Positions 36,869-47,679 of a stretch of DNA of 64,000 nt are shown piece by piece. Numbering within the stretch: position 1 is the first letter of the stretch; each line of letters begins with the position of its first letter. Source of the DNA: Dudresnaya verticillata (taxonomy: Eukaryota); contig OZ374557.1 in the NCBI GenBank assembly GCA_977862235.1, forward strand, positions 3,348,001 to 3,412,000, in the 5' to 3' direction. The position numbers and the translations under genes were made by a program. The notes beneath the pieces are model-generated. The model did not search any database and had not been told where the DNA came from. It was given only the letters and a program-made list of their open reading frames with translations.

Positions 36869-37237
36869 CAGGACCAGACCACTAGGGTCTGGCCCCCACG
36901 GACCGGACCGCTCGGTGCCACCCTGACTTGTATATCAGGGCGGCACCGCAGCGGCTCCTAAGGTAAACGGGTAAGCAACCTTAGCCCAATCCTTTACGGT
37001 TTTCCCCGCGCCGAGCCCGTTGTGGTCTACCACCACCACCGTTACGGAGTCCATCCCGGCACTTGTACCACCCCCTTGTCTGTTGCTTCCCAATATCCGT
37101 CTCGGTTAGCCGATCGCTGTTCTCCCGCCTCGGTGCGAACTGCTCTACCACCCCGTGGAGGTAGTGTTGCTCTCGTCCGTTAAGGAAAGTCAGGCCAGCT
37201 GTCCGTCTCGGAGTTCGTGGGTTTTCAACACACCACA
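36859..37237 (+). repeat. Partial family A LTR (3' ~380 bp)
   Basis: Matches the distal part of family A LTRs; ends CACCACA followed by TAGCC. Confidence 0.93.
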
Positions 37238-37708
37238 TAGCCTCTGCACCCGCCGTTTAGCGATCGAGACGGCGCTCTTCAATGGCTAGGCGTCGGTCTT
37301 CGCGTGCCGCTGCTGCCAGTAACGCCTCACTACGAGCGCGCTCGCCACTTTCAAGTGCGCTTATTGCAGCTCCTCGATCCCTGCCGCGTTCTGTTACGAC
37401 GACGCGACGCTTCTTAGAAGGCGTTTCCACTGGGCTGTCGTCTTTCGCCTCTGGTGTTGCGTTCCGCGCCGCATGTCGGTTAAGCGCCATTTACCGAACG
37501 GCAGTACCAGCGCCTAACAGCAGCTCTGCCTTGTTTTCCTTCTCCTTAAGGGCTTCTTCTTGTTCCAACTTATGCGCATCCATCTCCTCCCTGATATCGC
37601 TGCACAACCGTTCGAACTCCCGGAATTCCTCCCCACCACCTGACGCAGCAGCCCGGGTGCTGGCCTGCGGATTTCATTTGTCCATCAGCAGCTTAAATCG
37701 GTCGCGAC

Positions 37709-38308
37709 TGTAGCACAACGGGTCCAGCCCAGGAAGAGCAAAAAGAAAAAAGGACACCTGTCCGGAACCGTCGTGCACACAGGTAGCTCGGGTGTGGTAG
37801 AGGCTTGGTAGAATGGCGCTAGGCCAGGAAAAAGGAAAAGGAAGAAGGGGGACGCGACCCGGTATTCCGCAGGGAACCTGCCGTACGGTGACGAGCCAGT
37901 AGTTGGCGTCCAAAAAGGGAACGGGAAGCGCCCGGAATCCAGAAAATGGTCAAGACCGAGAAACGCCCCGTAGGGTTCAATCAGGGGTGCCCTGCTATTC
38001 AGGGGACCAATAAATAGGACTTGTGCCCGTGCTAATACTAACTACTACAGTTTACTGTACAAGAATTACATTAAGCAATGGGAGGCGGATCTACGCCCTT
38101 GTGGCGGCGTATAATCGGGAAATATCCCAGCGACGCACCAATGATCAGGCGCCAATTGCGTGTCTGAGGCGCAGATGATTTCGCGCCAGGCGCCAATCAC
38201 GCGTCGCCTCATGGCGAAGTCCAGCAATGACAGCTTCTTACACGGCATTGGCCCGTTACGACTTATAGCGTCGAAGGCCCATTTGGCGCAAATCGCCGTT
38301 GTGCCACA
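37709..38308 (-). repeat. Solo LTR, family C (600 bp)
   Basis: 13-bp terminal inverted repeat TGT(A/G)GCACAACGG; TSD GCGAC/GCGAT; second copy at 46431; strand inferred. Confidence 0.9.
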
Positions 38309-38315
38309 GCGATAG

Positions 38316-39007
38316 TGTGGTAGAATGGGCCACCAGCGGCTGTAAGCACGTACACGTGTTTTGCACCTGTAATGCGCGGGTAATATTGCGCGTGGCATGC
38401 GCCTGTAAGGCGCTGCACGTGCTGTTGCGCTGTAAGGCCTAAATGCATCGCTGACCACTCGGTATGGCATTGTTGGGAACAGCACGACGCCAATGAGATG
38501 GCTAGCCGTGATTGACTGATTTACCATGGCCTTACGCGCAGGAGCGCGCCCGAGTCATAAGAACCTTACGTGCGCAGGGCGGAGTACGACCGCTCACTAT
38601 CTCATTGTAATTATTAACGATAACTTCAATAGCTTAGAATAAGAATAGCGGCGAGGGCGCTTCCGGCCTTCTCCGTATTTATTACGCCCCTGACTAGCAG
38701 GGGTCTGCTGAATAGAACCCTACGGTGGGTTTCGGGTCTGTACCCTTTCTTTGGTCTACACGGGCTCACCGTACTCCCCCTTCCAGGTGCTTTACAAGCT
38801 TTAGCCTCGTACGGCTTCATACTCTACGAGCGTTAGGGTGGCGCCGCCCCTTTTCCCGTTCTTTCAGGCACGCTAGCCTTTTTCCCCTTTTCCATCAAAG
38901 TCTCTACCAACTCCCCATTGAGCTACCCTGGTTAGGGTGTGTGCGCGCACGGGACAGCTGTCCTTGCCGTTTAGCGGGCTACTGGCTCGTCGCGCCATAC
39001 TACTACA
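38316..39007 (+). repeat. Solo LTR, family D (692 bp)
   Basis: TGTGGTAGAATGG...CCATACTACTACA; TSD GATAG/GACAG; related copy at 51452. Confidence 0.9.
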
Positions 39008-40255
39008 GACAGTGCTTGCCGTCGGTCTTCCAGGGCAACGAGAGGTGCGTGTTGGCATTAATTTTGACAGCCACCTCCGAAAACGTTGTGAGCAGCTCGC
39101 ATTTCCCCGGCACGTGCACACCGCAGGCCATGATCTCCTGCATGAGGGGGACGTTGTGCTCGTCCCTCCAGATGCGACGCGGCTTCGGAGCATCCCGCGT
39201 CGCGGTGTTGGTCGAGGGCGCAGGTGGCGCACTGCTCGGCGTAGCAGGCGACGGACCTGCCGGCGGCGACGGCGTGTCCAGCTCGAGGATGTCGCTCTGC
39301 GGCGTTGGTGGGGGCGCGGCAGTGAGATCGGCGTCCTTACCCACTACGATGGCGCCGGAAGGCGCCTGTTGCTGGTAAGATGATGTCAGCATGGTAGAAG
39401 GCGTCGGTGGGCGGTTTGGATGCGCGTTTCCACGAGGAGGTGGGTGGGCTATCTGGAGAGCACAGAATGGGGTTCGCGCCAATTTTGGTTGCGAACTGCG
39501 CTTCGCTGTTGGTTCGGGAATGCCCATTTTTCTGTGTGGTGACTTCGGTATTTTCTGCCTACTGTCAATATATGCCAAATAAATCACCGAAGTGGCACCG
39601 AAATCGGTATGCCAAAACCCACGATTACAGACGGAAGCGTCAGCTGCCCGTGAGTCTAGTGTACTGTTCTGTACACAGACTGTGTGCTGCTCGCCCATAG
39701 GCCTTGCTGGCCTGTTGATGGTGGTAAGGGAACTCTCCAGCTTCATACATATTTACAAAAAAAAGTGGGTCCCCTTGATGCTTCAAGGTGTCCGGCGAAG
39801 ATATCTTCGAAAAACGTGAATGTTTTATGGCACATCCTGTTTCACATCCTGCAACGCACTATCAGGGGCCTATTCGCTGGGCCGGGAACCTCCACTGCCC
39901 CCTCACTTCTCGACCATTCTCATTGAAGTAATAGTTCCCCGCTCGTCCGAGCGGTTCCCCTCATCGCAGATGCTCCAAGGCCGCCGAACCAAGTATGATA
40001 AATGCTGTAATGCCTCACGTTTCGCGCTCTTCGAGTTCCTGTACTGCCATTGGTGGCAAGAGAGTTTTTGCAGTGAACCATTGCAAACCCAGCCTGAACG
40101 TGTTGATATTGGCCAATGGTTACGCGCCAGCCTGTCCTTGCAGCTACTTTCAATTAGAGCATCAGCTCTTTTGTTATACCCAACTGTTTCGCTTCACTGT
40201 TACTCTGCAGTAGGTCTCCCATCAATACGACACCCGCCCGCAACCATCGTCCCAC

Positions 40256-41662
40256 ATGCGTTCCGACTCAGCTGCAACGTCACCGTTAGATATCCTTTGC
40301 AAAGTGGCGGTTGCGGAGGGCAACCTCTCCGAAATTGCACCCCCTTCAGTGCAGACTGCTTCCGTTGGAACGGCACAGTCGACTGCTCAGGGCCTCCGGC
40401 CTAGCCATTCCACGCTGCCATACGGTCCCGTCGAAGTGCCGGAGCCATTGCTGCCAGATCTGCCGGTTCGGCATCTTCGGCTGTCGTCATCGGCTCCATC
40501 AGACCATGTCTCGCCTTTGCTGGGAGGCTCAGCTTTCCCTCAAACACAACTCGGACCTCTCCCCCCGCCGCATCTGATTGCTGCGCCGCAGAGCATGCCA
40601 GCGTGTCCAGTTCGTGAAGTGTCGAGCATTGTTCAATCGGAGCGGGCAGAACTTGGAGGCAGCCCAGAATCCTGTGGATGGCCTAGGAGCCCGGCGGCAC
40701 GTAATCACCTCTCTCGCCACAATCGAAACAGTATCTCAAGTCTGGAGAGAGCCAGCATACCAGCTGTCCCCGACGCGCGGCTTATGCAGCCAACAGGACC
40801 GTACAACCTGCAGGAAATCCCAAACACGGAAGCAACCAAGACAGCCTTCTTGCCCAGATTAGGAGTCTTGCCTCGAAATGCATCAGCTCCGTCTCTGCTA
40901 GGGGAAGCGAAAATAGGCCTTCGCTGCCCGAACTCTGTTGCTCATACTCACCATTCGGTGCCTCTAGCATCAGTATCGTTGTTGCCATCTCCAGGGTTGT
41001 CGAGTGCTGCTGAGCTAGGAGCAAAACCGATCTATGCGCCCCATATCATAGCGTCCCAGACGATTCCCGTCCCGCCACGATCAGAAAGTCTACAGATCAC
41101 AAATCTGACTGAGCAAGTTGGTGTGCCAGGTTCAGCTCCCTCAGCGTACAGCCCACCTGTACTGTCCTCTTCGCCATCTAGCCGTGCCCGTGGGACGGTA
41201 GGTATTGGGGTAACAAATTTGAAAAGTGTTGCCAGTCGCACAGGGACGAAAGCGACGGGACGGCGAGACAGCTACACACGCTTTTCTGCGAAAGAGGAAG
41301 CGATGCTTCTCGAAGGAGTGCAAATGTTCGGTGTGGGGAACTGGAAGAAGATATTGAACTCCTACCGGTTTCACTGGAAGAGAACAGCTGTGGACTTAAA
41401 GGATAAGTATCGCAATATTACAAGAGCGAGGATGAGGAGAATGGCAGCCGGCGGACAAGGTGAATATTCTTCAGCAGGTATGGAAGGCGAGGGTTTTCCG
41501 TCGACACATCCTGGCCCTGGCAGGGGGGCGCCGGTAATGCAATGCAGCCCCCTCCGGTCGCAAGCAGTTACAACGGGACGTCAGTTCGGTAATGTAACCG
41601 TTCCTAGATTGCAGTCCGCAGGGAAGACAGGAGCGCCGGTTCAGAAGAAGGATGGAGCATGA
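40256..41662 (+). CDS. Single-Myb (telobox/TRF-like) domain protein
   Basis: 468-aa ORF; FSAKEEAMLLEGVQMFGVGNWKKIL...RTAVDLKDKYRNI matches the telobox-type Myb pattern. Confidence 0.85.
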   Translation: MRSDSAATSPLDILCKVAVAEGNLSEIAPPSVQTASVGTAQSTAQGLRPSHSTLPYGPVEVPEPLLPDLPVRHLRLSSSAPSDHVSPLLGGSAFPQTQLGPLPPPHLIAAPQSMPACPVREVSSIVQSERAELGGSPESCGWPRSPAARNHLSRHNRNSISSLERASIPAVPDARLMQPTGPYNLQEIPNTEATKTAFLPRLGVLPRNASAPSLLGEAKIGLRCPNSVAHTHHSVPLASVSLLPSPGLSSAAELGAKPIYAPHIIASQTIPVPPRSESLQITNLTEQVGVPGSAPSAYSPPVLSSSPSSRARGTVGIGVTNLKSVASRTGTKATGRRDSYTRFSAKEEAMLLEGVQMFGVGNWKKILNSYRFHWKRTAVDLKDKYRNITRARMRRMAAGGQGEYSSAGMEGEGFPSTHPGPGRGAPVMQCSPLRSQAVTTGRQFGNVTVPRLQSAGKTGAPVQKKDGA

Positions 41663-41690
41663 GGTAGATATTGCTGTGCTTTGTGCGCTT

Positions 41691-41709
41691 TGTGTGTGTG
41701 TGTGTGCGC

Positions 41710-41776
<67 letters not shown>
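41691..41776. repeat. (TG)n microsatellite, one interruption
   Basis: Directly visible; degenerate TGTC tail follows. Confidence 0.97.
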
Positions 41777-41777
<1 letters not shown>

Positions 41778-42161
41778 GGTTTGAGTCTGTTTGTCTGTGT
41801 GTCTGTGTCTGTGTCTGTATGCGACTGTCTGTGTCATTTGTCGCTACGAAATACAACTCACAATAGCATTTGAGCTCTGCCGCAAGTGAATGTAAAGTAA
41901 GATATTCCACCCGTCAAGAGTTCCTAGTGTCACCCGCATTTCCTACATTTGATTTGCATTCTATAGTTCAACAAAGAAGACATTTTTTCGTTTATTCCGC
42001 TCTCTCTTGATCCGCAACATTCATCCCCGTTCGGTGTAGGGCGTTTCTGACCTATCCTACGCTGTGGTTTAAACAATTGATCATCTGCCAGCTCCAGTAC
42101 TAAGTATTAAAGTTACTAGCCCCAGACGGGGCTGATCAGGACCCCAAAACGTGTAGAAAAC

Positions 42162-43574
42162 ATGAGTAACGATCTTACGGAGGAGACCGAGTTGTTTCAA
42201 CATCTAAACATCAAAGGAAGCTTCATCGACTTTCCAAAGCCAGAATCAGACTTGGCTTCTTCAGAATCGGAGGACGAAGATGACTACCGAAAGGGTGGCT
42301 ATCACCCGGTGCAAATAGGAGAGTCCTTCAACAACGGACGTTATCTCACGTTACAAAAGCTTGGCTGGGGGCACTTTTCAACGGTTTGGCTTGCGTTCGA
42401 CATTCTGAAGGCCAAACATTGCGCTATTAAGATTCAGAAATCAGATCCTCACTACACTGCGGCTGCACAAGATGAAGTGGATATCCTTAAAGCTCTGAAG
42501 ACAAAAGGTATGGCCTCTGAGAACACTGTAGTAACGCTTTTGGACTACTTTGTGCATGAAGGTCCTCATGGGAGGCATGTGTGCCTCGCGTTTGAAGTAC
42601 TGAGCAAGTCGCTTCTCTCCCTCGTCAAACGCTTTAACTATAATGGGATCCCAATTTCAATGGTCAAAACTATCGGAGTGCAGATATTGAAAGCATTGGA
42701 TTACATTCACGAGACATGTGGAATCATACACACGGACTTGAAGCCCGAAAATGTCCTCTTCGTACCGTGTGCAGAAGAGATTCAGATTCTGCAGCAGAAC
42801 GCCTGCCGGGCTGCTGAGAAAATACGGAAAGAAACCAAGATAGATGTGAAGTTTTCTAAGACCAATCGTCCCATCTTGGGTGATGTATACCGGGCTAATC
42901 CGGAGCTAGCGTTCGCGTCAGGAAGAGTTACGCTGGTAGATTTTGGGAACGCATGCTGGGTTGAGAAGCATTTTACAGAAGAAGATATTCAAACCAGACA
43001 GTATCGCGCCCCGGAGGTAATAATAGGGTCTGGATACAGCACCAAAGCCGACATGTGGTCCTTGGCATGCCTGTTATTCGAACTGTTAACGGGGGATTTT
43101 CTCTTCGATCCACACAGCGGAACCAACTACGATCGGGATGAAGATCATCTGGCGTTGATGATAGAGCTGCTGGGACCCGTGCCTCGGCAAATCCTTGACG
43201 AAGGAGGCTTTTCAAGCAACTACTTCAATGAGAACGGAGAGCTACGTCAGATAAGAAGATTGAACTTTTGGAATCTTCGGGACGTTCTCCTCGAGAAGTA
43301 CAAGTTCGTAGCTGATGAGGCAGATGCCATCGCTGCTTTTCTCTTGCCAATGCTTCGCTACGATACCGATATTCGTGCTTCTGCAAGAGAGCAACTGCAG
43401 CATGAGTTTCTTGCAGACGTTCGGGATAGTGTTTCCATTCTGGACGACAAGCATGATACGGACCCTCCCAGAGCGAGTTCACACCTTTCGAACCCCGGGG
43501 AGTCTTTCCCGCTCACTCTAGTTGATGTGCAAACCTCTACGTCGAACATGGTGGGGCACGTTCAAAGACACTAA
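42162..43574 (+). CDS. SRPK: SR-protein kinase (SRPK/Sky1 family)
   Basis: DYRKGGYHPV, KLGWGHFSTVWLA, HTDLKPEN, DFGNACW, DIQTRQYRAPEV, DEDHLALMIELLG. Confidence 0.95.
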   Translation: MSNDLTEETELFQHLNIKGSFIDFPKPESDLASSESEDEDDYRKGGYHPVQIGESFNNGRYLTLQKLGWGHFSTVWLAFDILKAKHCAIKIQKSDPHYTAAAQDEVDILKALKTKGMASENTVVTLLDYFVHEGPHGRHVCLAFEVLSKSLLSLVKRFNYNGIPISMVKTIGVQILKALDYIHETCGIIHTDLKPENVLFVPCAEEIQILQQNACRAAEKIRKETKIDVKFSKTNRPILGDVYRANPELAFASGRVTLVDFGNACWVEKHFTEEDIQTRQYRAPEVIIGSGYSTKADMWSLACLLFELLTGDFLFDPHSGTNYDRDEDHLALMIELLGPVPRQILDEGGFSSNYFNENGELRQIRRLNFWNLRDVLLEKYKFVADEADAIAAFLLPMLRYDTDIRASAREQLQHEFLADVRDSVSILDDKHDTDPPRASSHLSNPGESFPLTLVDVQTSTSNMVGHVQRH

Positions 43575-44989
43575 GTGGTCCTTCCTTCCACGATTTGCGG
43601 CTTGTTAACACTGTTTCAGTCGCAATTTGTGCGTAGGCATTTGTTGGCATTCTACAGTATGCTTCAGTAAACCCCCAACCCAATTGCGACCGTAGTGAAC
43701 ACAATAGAATTATGTGGAAACTTTCTCCGGAGCCGACGAGCATCAGAACCTGCGGTGCAGAATCGAGAAACGCAAAACTCTTGCAGAGGCAGTGAGGACT
43801 TGACCATGGTAACGAGGTACCTGCCTTTCCCTATATTGGCCGTAGGTACTTGAACCATTGCGCTCGTCTATTGGGTTTCGCTGCTACCTCTATTCGAGTC
43901 TCACGGTACGCACAAGCGCTTATATAAAGAAAGCGTTTGTTCTTGTCCCGTTCCATGACTTCGTCTTTTCGGAGTGCAGGAGGGAACTATGATTTCGTCT
44001 TTTCGGAGTGCAGGAGGGAACTACAATACACGTATCTCGGGAAGCATCAGGCTGTACTGTACTGCGTTCCGTCATTCATTATTAGATACTGTATCATTGC
44101 GGAGCTCTCATACTGTATCATTGCGGAGCTCTCACAGGGGAACTGGGTCTGCAAAATGTCACACGGCGCATGTCACACGGCGCATGTAGTAATTCGCTAA
44201 TAAAGAAGAGAACACCGTTTTATTTTAGTACTATTATCATTAAATTTGGGAGGGTCGTTTTTGCAAATTGCGGTACAGCTTGGTATCTTCCGTGTTTGGT
44301 TCGATGCAGAGCTGAAATTAATCTAATCCATTGTATTGTAATGGGTACAAAACAAATGGAAGCCACAGCAATTGCTCAAATTACTGAAATTGCTCAAATT
44401 ACTGTAGACCGGAGAGAACAACAACGTTTTATTGGAACGTCGGCTTATTGGAACGTCGGCCATTAACATGTTGGCGAATAGGCCCGAGCTGCCCAAGCTG
44501 ATGGACGCACTGAAAATCAGGTTCCATAATGTGTAACAAAATCTGTGTATCAGTGTGCATATCGTCGATAATGACATCTGGGAAGCAGTGTGCATATCAT
44601 CGACGACACCGATCAGCATTTTCAGTGTACTCACTTTACAAATAGTCCATAAGACCACCGAAAGTTTTCCAACATAATAGTGTGAAATTTTCCCTATTTT
44701 GGGCCACTCTCGGGAACAATTCCATGACCCCAATTAACTCATTGTACCAAACTCATGGGGGCCTTTGCATAACCCAGATAGTACTGCCGACTCACCCGCT
44801 GCTATCACAACGTGTGCCACACACGGTTATAGATAACTCCCGGTTGTGGTTATTCAACAACTTGATGGTATTGTCCTTGAAATCATGTACAGTAATTATC
44901 TGTGTGAATCAATGATTAAACGTTCACTTCTCATGTACTCAGATTCGACGGATGTGGAAACATTGGGAGCAAGCTGCAATATATCGGCC

Positions 44990-47188
44990 GATATTGCATT
45001 CTACAGTGCGATATTGTTGTCATCAGGGACACGTGAGAGTGCCACATTAGCCATTCCATACTGCCGCAAGTCTTTTGAAATACATGCCACTACCTTTGCA
45101 AAAGTCGCCCCTTGCGCCCGGTGACAAGTAATTGCATTAGAAGGCACACACGGAGGACCCTAACGTATCATACGAATTCCGAACATTCGTTTGCGCACTG
45201 AAGACCATGGAACACAAATAGCACCAGGCAGTTCGTCAATAGCAGAAATACCATTAAAAGGTTGTAAAGGTTGCACAAGAAGCTTATAGTTCCAAGTCTT
45301 GTCTAAAAGTACATCTGAAATTACTTCTGAAATGGTTTGGAAGGGGTGCAATAGCTGCCCATTTGAGAAGCTTATACCAACAACACGGGCTTTTGCGTTA
45401 TTGTACAGACCCTAAACTGGGTTCCAATTACGTTTCAAGCTTATTACTTGGCCTGGAAAATAATAGACATATGGTAGATGGTTTCTCCATTCAGATGTAA
45501 TTTTATGCGAAGACGTATAGAATTGATACAATGCCTCTCGTGTCAGATATTTATTTGGGATATTTTCAAGCTTAACGTTACCCCACATTCGAAAAATGCC
45601 TCTGTGCACTGCCATATGTCTCGAAACGTGTTCTAAGTGAGCATTTATTTGCTTCCATGTCGCGAAAATCCAAATTGCTTCTAACCAAGACTCACTTTAC
45701 AAAACATCACGCGATTTGCAGTACAAATTGATATTCGTTACATCATCGTGTTCCAGTTGATATTTTGAAGCTCGCAACGTCAGATACGCAAACGTTTTCT
45801 TTTCCATTCTTATCGACTGAGTTAGAGGTATATGTACTCTTGCACTATTGCAGATATGAAGCCCGCATTCGTCCCATTTAGAAATTCCAAATGTACGAAG
45901 ACGTTCTTTCTGCTGTTTAACTTCTTCTGTATCGGAATGCAAAGGAAAATATTTAGACACTAGATATAACGGAGTGCCGGAAACCTTATTTGCCGTGGGT
46001 CGTCGACCAGTAGAACTGGAAGCCCTCCAAGAGGAGTACTATTGTTGACATTTGACATTTTCTTGCAATCGCTCGTTTATCAAATCGAGACAATATGCAG
46101 ACACGGTAAAGCATTCATCGATTACTAATAGTTTTACTCCACTCCAAGTGTTCATAAGCTTTAATTAGGCCTTTTCAGACAAGGGAGGCAGAGACTCAAG
46201 TCCTAGCATTACATTTCGCTTCAGATGCACGGGAAAGCTCAGTGCAGAGTGTATTGTCATTTCTTTCATGTTTCCGGCAGCCGATCCACTCATTGCCAGT
46301 ATCGCTCCTTTCAGAAATGCGTTTTGATGTCTTTCGTGGCTAAGATCAGAAAGAATCGGTGATATTGGATCACTGTTTGTTAATAAAAGTCTTTCCTGCG
46401 ATGTGATTGAAAAGTCATTAACTGTCCTCCTGTAGCACAACGGGTCCAGCCCAGCAAGAGCAAAAAGAACAAAGGACACCTGTCCGGAACCGTCGTGCTC
46501 ACGGGTAGCTCGGGTGTGGTAGAGGCTTCGTAGAATGGCGCTAGGTCAGGAAAAAGGAAAAGGAAAAGGGGGACGCGACCCGGTATTCCGCAGGGAACCT
46601 GCCGTACGGTGACGAGCCTGTAGTTGGTGTCCAAAAAGGGAACGGGAAGCACCCGGAATCCAGAAAATGGTCAAGACCGAGAAACTCCCCGTAGGGTTCA
46701 ATCAGGGGTGTCCTGCTATTCAGGAGACCAATAAATAGGGCTTGTGCCCGTGCCGATACTATCTACTACAGTGTACTGTACACGAATTACATTGAGCAAT
46801 AGGAGGCGGATCTACGCCCCTGTGGCGGCGTATAATCGGGAAATATCCCAGCGCCGCACCAATGATCGTGCGCCAATTGCGAGTCTGAGGCGCGAACGAT
46901 TTCGCGCCATTTGCCAATCACGTGTCGCCTCATGGCGCAGCCCAGCAATGACAGCGTCTTACAGGGCATTGGCCCGTTACGATCTACAGCGTCGAACGCC
47001 CACTTGGCGCAAATCGCCGTTGTGCCACACATCCGAATACAACACCTCGTCCGTATTTTTGCAATTATCCACGATTTCCCGGCACCAGGTACCCCAATCA
47101 TAACTAGTATTGGCGATAGCGGTTTTTCAATATTTGACCGCGGGTTCCAAGTATGATTGACATAGTAGAACGACTCCATGAAGTCTGC
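44990..47188 (-). pseudogene. Decayed PIF1-family SF1B helicase (Helitron-like), split by a solo LTR
   Basis: In order on the minus strand: GVPGAGKS (~47072-47095), AAGN..MTIHSAL, LLVIDE (~46120), ITCHRAQGAT (~45120), NVALSRV (~45040); many stops. Confidence 0.85.
46431..47029 (-). repeat. Solo LTR, family C (599 bp)
   Basis: Homologous to 37709-38308; TSD CCTCC/CATCC; helicase reading resumes across it. Confidence 0.9.
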
Positions 47189-47679
47189 CAGGACGCTTAT
47201 GAACCCGCTGAGGAGTTGCCGCAAAACTTCATACACCACTATTGGAATAGAAGCGCACGGCAGCCGCTGCAGCCCGACGTTGCCGAGCTTGCACGCGTCG
47301 ATAGCCATTTGCTACTCACACGAGTAGTAGTGGTTTTGGCAAAATCGGGCATGACCCGTGTAATCCGTGCTTGCGAACCCCTTGCCCAAGGGGCTCTACT
47401 CCGTATTGGTGACTTGGCGTTGGCAAAAAACGGGCATGACCTGCCGACTCTGTAACCACAGATTCCCTTGCCCAAGGGGCTCTACTCCATATTGGTGAAT
47501 CGCTGACAAGCGCGCAACCACTTCTGGTATTAGGTGGCCGTCAACCTGACGCAAAGCCTTGTATGGTGGAGGATACACCCGCCACTTCGGGACTCACTCC
47601 ACAGTGGTGTTATTCCACTTCCCCTCCGCCAGCGGAACGGTGGCTCACACAAATCAAGAGATTCTATTTACAAGTGGCA

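Larger units (their letters stand above)
5462..37237. mobile_element. Nested, rearranged Ty3/gypsy complex inserted in the Harbinger ORF
   Basis: Begins and ends with family A LTR termini; TSD TAGCC at 5457-5461 and 37238-37242. Confidence 0.9.
37238..39392 (-). pseudogene. Harbinger Myb/SANT-like DNA-binding ORF, N-terminal and middle parts (39008-39392 and 37238-37708)
   Basis: RRIWRDEHNVPLMQEI...FSEVAVKIN...DGKHC|RDRFKLLM rejoins across two solo LTRs; followed by a charged coiled coil; several stops. Confidence 0.82.
3843..39620. mobile_element. PIF/Harbinger DNA transposon (about 2.7 kb when reconstructed), split by LTR insertions
   Basis: Convergent DDE transposase and Myb/SANT-like ORF; candidate TIRs AGGTTTTGGCAGACAGAT (3843-3860) and ATCGGTATGCCAAAACCC (39603-39620) match 15/18; no TSD confirmed, so ends are uncertain. 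Confidence 0.7.

Noticed and set aside
41604..41910. Short THTH/CVCV ORFs
   Set aside because: Translations of the TG microsatellite
43955..44460. CRISPR-like array
   Set aside because: Repeats are unrelated adjacent doublets without spacers, in a eukaryotic context
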